Source: a virus (lineage: Duplodnaviria > Heunggongvirae > Uroviricota > Caudoviricetes). Taken from it: 11,723 nucleotides of DNA. The notes beneath the pieces were generated by a model, which worked only from the letters and a program-made list of their open reading frames with translations, did no database searches and had not been told where the DNA came from. The DNA lies in the IMG/VR virus record IMGVR_UViG_2713896789_000019, positions 1 through 11,723 of that record; one strand, given 5' to 3'. The position numbers were made by a program, and so were the translations under genes. This document shows positions 7,120 to 11,723 of the stretch, in pieces. Positions within the stretch are counted from its first letter, which is position 1. Every line of letters starts with the position of its first letter.

Positions 7120-7629
7120 ATGATGTGGAACTTTGACAGTGCCGACTTAAGTGCAATAGCAGCAGGTATTTCTGCGTTTGGCACATTAGCCGCAGCGGGG
7201 TCGGCGCTTGCAAGTTGGTACACGTCAAAAAAAGCGCTGCAGCTACAAAATAGAGTTTACCTTTATGAGTCTTTAAAGGCTTGCGCTGAGAGAGCCAATT
7301 CATCAGCTAAAGATAAGCGCGGATCTGAATGGAGCGTTAATGATGCAGCGGATATCATCAGGTGCCTAGTACGGGCGATGGAGATCATCAAGCAGGATAG
7401 CCAGCAGAAAGAAGGTAATCAGGCATTAATGTTGAAACAGTACTTTGTTAATCTGCTAATAATGGAACTGTACGAGGAAGTTCATAACGGTGATGCGGCT
7501 GATTCTGTTTTTAAAAGTACGGAACCTACACAAGTACTTGATAACTTATGGAGCAAATGGCAGGAGGCTATAGCTTTTTTTGATATTTGGAATTACCCAG
7601 TTGCGACTGAGGAAGACTTGGCAGACTAA
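7120..7629 (+). CDS. Hypothetical protein with N-terminal membrane anchor (169 aa); orphan prophage cargo
   Basis: SD AAGGTG 5 nt before the ATG at 7120. Residues about 10-33 (LSAIAAGISAFGTLAAAGSALASWY) form a hydrophobic helix followed by a charged soluble domain. Located in an AT-rich block between its own upstream terminator and the NinB-like fragment. Confidence 0.6.
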   Translation: MMWNFDSADLSAIAAGISAFGTLAAAGSALASWYTSKKALQLQNRVYLYESLKACAERANSSAKDKRGSEWSVNDAADIIRCLVRAMEIIKQDSQQKEGNQALMLKQYFVNLLIMELYEEVHNGDAADSVFKSTEPTQVLDNLWSKWQEAIAFFDIWNYPVATEEDLAD

Positions 7630-7823
7630 TTTTCAGCACATTTGATTTCCAATAATCAACCAGCCATAATCATGCCATTGGGGCCTGAACAACTCCGGTG
7701 ACTTCTGCGCTAAACGGGGACGTTTATGCGCACATACAATCCAACCTCTCTTCTCCATTCACAGATGCAGAAATGCACCTGCGATATTTTGCATCCAGCG
7801 TTTGATCTCTGCGGAGGTGAAGC

Positions 7824-8078
7824 GTGAACCTCCCACAAGATGGTATCAAATTGCATCGCGGTAACTTCACCGCTATCGGTCGGCAGATCCAGCCTTATCT
7901 GGAGGACGGCAAATGCTTTCGCATGGTGCTTAAACCGTGGCGCGAGAGACGCAGTCTTTCCCAGAATGCACTCAGCCACATGTGGTACAGCGAAATCAGT
8001 GAATACCTCATCAGCAAGGGTAAAACGTTCGCCACTCCAGCTTGGGTATCCGCACCGGCGGGCGCGTGCTGGCGGTAA
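7824..8078 (+). pseudogene. ybcN: NinB-like (Orf-family recombination mediator) gene, 5' fragment only; reading frame continues out of frame into J-derived sequence
   Basis: GTG start with GGAGGTG SD. The translation carries the R-x-RSL-SQN-x-x-x-H-x-W signature (RERRSLSQNALSHMW), comparable to lambda NinB (ERNRSLDQNRKLWACL). After about 74 aa the frame reads [11 protein letters not shown], which is J sequence in the wrong frame. Symbol by position in a DLP12-like layout, unverified. Confidence 0.55.
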
Positions 8079-8872
8079 ACAGCCAGACCCGGACGCTGAC
8101 GCTCGACCGTGAAATCACGCTGCCATCTTCCGGCACCACGCTGATAAGCCTGGTTGACGGGCAGGGGAGTCCGGTCAGCGTGGAGGTTCAGTCCGTCACC
8201 GACGGCGTGAAGGTGAAAGTGAGCCGTGTTCCTGACGGCGTTGCTGAATACAGCGTATGGGGGCTGAAGCTGCCGACGTTGCGCCAGCGCCTGTTCCGCT
8301 GCGTGAGTATCCGTGAGAACGACGACGGCACGTATGCCATCACCGCCGTGCAGCATGTACCGGAAAAAGAGGCCATCGTGGATATTGAGAACACCCCTGA
8401 CGGCATGCAGAGTCAGGTGCTGCTGGCGGCGGACAGGATTGCGATGGTTAATCCTGCGAATGGCAACACAAAACCGATGTTTGTTGGTCAGGGCGATCAG
8501 ATATTCATGAACGACGTGTTCCTGAAACGCCTGACGGCCCCCACCATTACCAGCGGTGGAAATCCACCGGCATTTTCCCTGACACCGGACGGAAAGCTGA
8601 CCGCTAAAAATGCGGATATCAGTGGCAGTGTGAATGCGAACGCCGGGACGCTCAACAATGTCACGGTAAATGAAAACTGTACGATTAAGGGCATGCTGGA
8701 GGCGACTCAGGTCAGAGGTGACTTCGTTAAAGCTGTATCCAAATCATTCCCGAAACAGGCTGGTACGTGGGGTAATACGGAAACACCAAACGGGACGGTT
8801 ACAGTCACCATCAGCGATGATCATAACTTTGACCGTCAAATCATTATTCCGCCCATTATCTTTAACGGAATA
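8024..8872 (+). pseudogene. J: Tail tip / host specificity protein J, 3' fragment (lambda J-like), lacking the N-terminal part and probably an internal segment
   Basis: The frame opens after a TAA at 8021-8023. The translation [31 protein letters not shown]...[53 protein letters not shown] and later [48 protein letters not shown] closely match two parts of lambda J as recalled. Homology ends near 8870 and the frame then reads stf sequence out of frame until a stop at 9010. Confidence 0.8.
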
Positions 8873-8873
8873 G

Positions 8874-11723
8874 CGTATAGCGATCCGGGAAGTGGTAATA
8901 ACCGATGCTGCAGGCTCAGCACGTGCCGCCAGCACGTCAGCCGGACAGGCCGCGTCGTCGGCTCAGTCAGCGTCTTCCAGCGCAGGAACGGCATCGACAA
9001 AGGCCCGTGAAGCAGCAAAAAGTGCTGCTGCTGCAGAGTCCTCAAAAAGCGCGGCAGCTACCAGTGCCGGTGCGGCGAAAACGTCAGAAACGAATGCGGC
9101 AGCGTCACAACAATCAGCAGCCACTTCTGCATCCGCCGCGACCACGAAGGCGTCAGAAGCAGCCACCTCAGCCCGGGATGCGGCGGCCTCAAAAGAGGCA
9201 GCGAAATCATCAGAAACGAACGCATCATCAAGCGCCAGTAGTGCCGCTTCCTCGGCAACGGCGGCAGGCAATTCCGCGAAGGCGGCAAAGACGTCTGAGA
9301 CAAACGCCAGGTCTTCTGAAACGGCAGCGGGACAGAGCGCCTCGGCTGCGGCAGGCTCAAAAACAGCGGCTGCGTCGTCTGCCAGTGCCGCGTCAACAAG
9401 TGCCGGGCAGGCCTCAGCCAGTGCCACCGCCGCCGGAAAATCGGCAGAAAGCGCCGCATCGTCTGCTTCAACAGCCACAACGAAGGCTGGCGAAGCCGCT
9501 GAACAGGCCAGCGCAGCAGCGAGGTCTGCATCCGCAGCGAAGACATCCGAAACGAACGCGAAAGCCTCGGAAACCAGTGCAGAATCCTCAAAAATGGCAG
9601 CTGCATCGTCCGCCAGTTCGGCGGCGTCATCGGCATCATCTGCGTCTGCTTCAAAAGATGAGGCGAGCAGACAGGCATCAGCAGCGAAAGGCAGCGCCAC
9701 GACAGCATCCACGAAGGCGACAGAGGCAGCTGGCAGTGCGACGGCGGCATCTCAGAGCAAAACTACTGCTGAATCCGCTGCGACCCGTGCGGAAGCTGCT
9801 GCTGATCGTGCTGAAGAGATTGCCGGTGCAGTTGCGATGGAAGACGCAAGCCTTACAACTAAAGGTGTTGTGAAACTTAGCAGTGCTGTTGATAGCACCA
9901 GTGAATCGCTGGCCGCAACGCCAAAAGCAGTTAAAGCAGCCAATGACAATGCGAATAGCAGGGTGCCATCTAACCGAAAAGTTAACGGAAAAGCACTGAC
10001 TGCGGATATAACATTAACGCCGAAAGATATTGGTACTTTAAATTCAGTAACGATGTCTTTCTCTGGCGGGGCTGGGTGGTTCAAACTGGCTACGGTTACC
10101 ATGCCACAAGCGAGTTCCATCGTTTACATCGCATTGATTGGTGGCGCTGGTTACAACGTCGGTTCCCCACATCAGGCAGGCATTTCAGAACTGGTTCTAC
10201 GAGCAGGCAATGGAAACCCCAAAGGAATTACCGGGGCTTTGTGGAAGCGTACAGCCGTCGGATTAACGAATTTCGCCTGGATCAACACATCCGGCGATAC
10301 ATATGATATTTACGTTGAGATTGGCAATTATGCGACGAGTGTAAATATCCATTGGGATTGTACTGCAAATGCGTCAGTTTCTGTTTATACCTCGCCAACA
10401 TATTCAGCGAGTAAGCCTTCCAGCGTTACCTATGGTGTTGTTTATACGATGTATAGCTCACATCAGAAACCTACACCATCAGATATTGGAGCACTGCCAA
10501 CAACCGGAGGAACAGTTTCAGGTCCGTTGTCTGTTACAGGTGGATTAACTGGTTCATTGAATGGTAATGCAAGTACAGCCACGAAATTGCAGACGGCAAG
10601 ATCTATCGGTGGAGTTGTTTTCGACGGTTCTGCAAATATTAACCTTCCAGGTGTAAACACTACGGGTAATCAGAACACCACTGGTAATGCTGCAACTGCT
10701 ACAAAACTCCAGACTGCAAGAAAAATATCCGGTGTTCCATTTGATGGTTCCAAAGATATTACTTTAACCGCCGCGCATGTGGCTGCTTTTGCCAGAAGGG
10801 CAACGGATACATATGCCGATGCGGATGGTGGCGTTCCCTGGAATGCCGAATCAGGCGCTTACAATGTCACCCGCTCTGGCGACAGCTATATTCTGGTTAA
10901 CTTCTATACCGGAGTCGGAAGTTGCCGGACCCTGCAGATGAAGGCGCATTACAGAAATGGTGGTCTGTTCTACCGTTCTTCAAGAGACGGTTATGGTTTT
11001 GAGGAAGGCTGGGCAGAAGTTTATACCTCGAAAAATCTTCCACCAGAAAGCTACCCAGTCGGCGCACCAATCCCGTGGCCATCAGATACCGTTCCGTCTG
11101 GTTATGCCCTGATGCAGGGGCAGACTTTTGACAAATCTGCTTACCCGAAACTTGCAGCCGCTTATCCGTCAGGCGTGATCCCTGATATGCGTGGCTGGAC
11201 GATTAAGGGCAAACCTGCCAGTGGTCGGGCCGTATTGTCTCAGGAACAGGACGGCATTAAATCGCACACCCACAGCGCCAGCGCATCCAGTACGGATTTG
11301 GGGACGAAAACCACATCGTCGTTTGATTACGGAACCAAATCCACGAATAACACCGGGGCGCATACCCATAGTATTAGCGGGACCGCAAATAGTGCCGGTG
11401 CGCACCAACACAAGAGTTCCGGTGCATTTGGTGGCACGAACACGAGCATTTTCCCTAATGGTTATACCGCGATTTCAAATCTAAGCGCGGGGATTATGAG
11501 CACAACAAGCGGTAGTGGCCAGACTCGTAATGCAGGGAAGACATCATCAGATGGTGCTCATACCCACTCGCTGTCCGGCACTGCTGCAAGCGCAGGCGCA
11601 CATGCACATACTGTCGGTATTGGTGCTCATACGCACTCCGTTGCGATTGGCTCACACGGACACACCATCACCGTTAACGCTGCTGGTAACGCGGAAAACA
11701 CCGTCAAAAACATCGCATTTAAC
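8874..11723 (+). CDS. stf: Side tail fibre protein (lambda Stf / StfR-like), 5'-truncated and running off the 3' end of the window
   Basis: The frame opens after a TAG at 8871-8873 and stays open to the window end (950 codons). The translation ...[21 protein letters not shown]...[21 protein letters not shown]...LAATPKAVK... and the C-terminal [71 protein letters not shown]...[25 protein letters not shown] matches lambda/Rac side tail fibre including the His-rich GAHxHS repeats. The first possible start is the GTG at 8892. Not in the ORF track because there is no in-window stop. Confidence 0.85.
9000..9760 (+). repeat. Low-complexity Ala/Ser/Thr-rich coding repeats within stf (at least four copies of K-[TS]-SETNA plus degenerate ASxASxA units)
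   Basis: Repeated nucleotide units such as aaaacgtcagaaacgaatgcggc / aaatcatcagaaacgaacgcatc / aagacgtctgagacaaacgccag / aagacatccgaaacgaacgcgaa. GC-rich GCN/TCN codon runs create long stop-free frames on both strands. Confidence 0.7.
10560..10770 (+). repeat. Two tandem copies of a roughly 36-aa tail-fibre repeat unit (GN[AS][10 protein letters not shown].I.GV.FDGS..I.L) inside stf
   Basis: Translation [29 protein letters not shown] ... [29 protein letters not shown]; the nucleotide units are about 120 bp apart. Confidence 0.6.

Noticed and set aside
6770-7303. Minus-strand ORFs of 65 and 66 aa
   Set aside because: They overlap the 99-aa ORF with its terminator and the start of the 169-aa ORF on the opposite strand. 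No ribosome-binding sites; judged spurious.
7765-7827. 20-aa micro-ORF ([20 protein letters not shown]) ending at the NinB-like start
   Set aside because: No SD and too short to evaluate. It could be a leader peptide, but there is no positive evidence.
7710-8510. Assorted 65-153 aa ORFs on both strands around the NinB/J junction
   Set aside because: All overlap the NinB-like or J frames, which have recognisable homology. They are alternative-frame read-throughs.
8905-9873. 322-aa Arg/Pro/Gln-rich ORF on the plus strand
   Set aside because: It is the +1 frame of the stf Ala/Ser repeat region. Extreme composition, no SD, and the stf frame has clear homology, so this is an artefact of GCN-rich repeats.
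8963-10120. Three long minus-strand ORFs (249 aa Ala/Asp-rich, 230 aa, 122 aa)
   Set aside because: Antisense to the stf repeat region; low-complexity composition typical of reverse frames of GC-rich repeats, with no independent start signals.
9000-10800. Possibility of a CRISPR array or non-coding tandem repeat
   Set aside because: The periodic units are in-frame coding repeats of the tail fibre with degenerate spacing, not direct repeats with unique spacers.
10076-11484. Short ORFs (61-97 aa) on both strands within the stf body
   Set aside because: Inside the clearly homologous stf reading frame; no start signals.

Overview
The window reads as a heavily decayed, mosaic lambdoid prophage from an E. 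coli-like enterobacterium, with a DLP12-type backbone. Minus strand 1-1132 carries a lambda-family tyrosine integrase, whose ORF stops about 70 aa short of the catalytic His/Arg/Tyr region, and an overlapping excisionase. The whole immunity and recombination region that normally lies between xis and O is missing. In its place is lower-GC cargo on the minus strand: a 354-aa protein with a DGQHR motif (DndB-like, ParB/Srx-type), a short ORF interrupted by a 50-N gap, and a 79-aa basic ORF. The plus strand then carries a 3' fragment of replication gene O, intact P and ren, emrE, and the large serine recombinase ybcK. After ybcK come two orphan ORFs (99 aa; 169 aa with an N-terminal membrane anchor, flanked by its own terminator and promoter). 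The right end is a chain of deletion junctions: a NinB-like 5' fragment joined out of frame to a 3' fragment of tail gene J, which is joined out of frame to a 5'-truncated side tail fibre gene (stf) that runs off the window. The stf frame is absent from the ORF track because it has no stop inside the window. I found no rRNA, tRNA or CRISPR array. The best candidates for something undescribed are the DGQHR cargo locus (1272-2908) and the membrane-anchored orphan (7120-7629). All homology calls are from reading the translations and recalled protein sequences; no database search was run.
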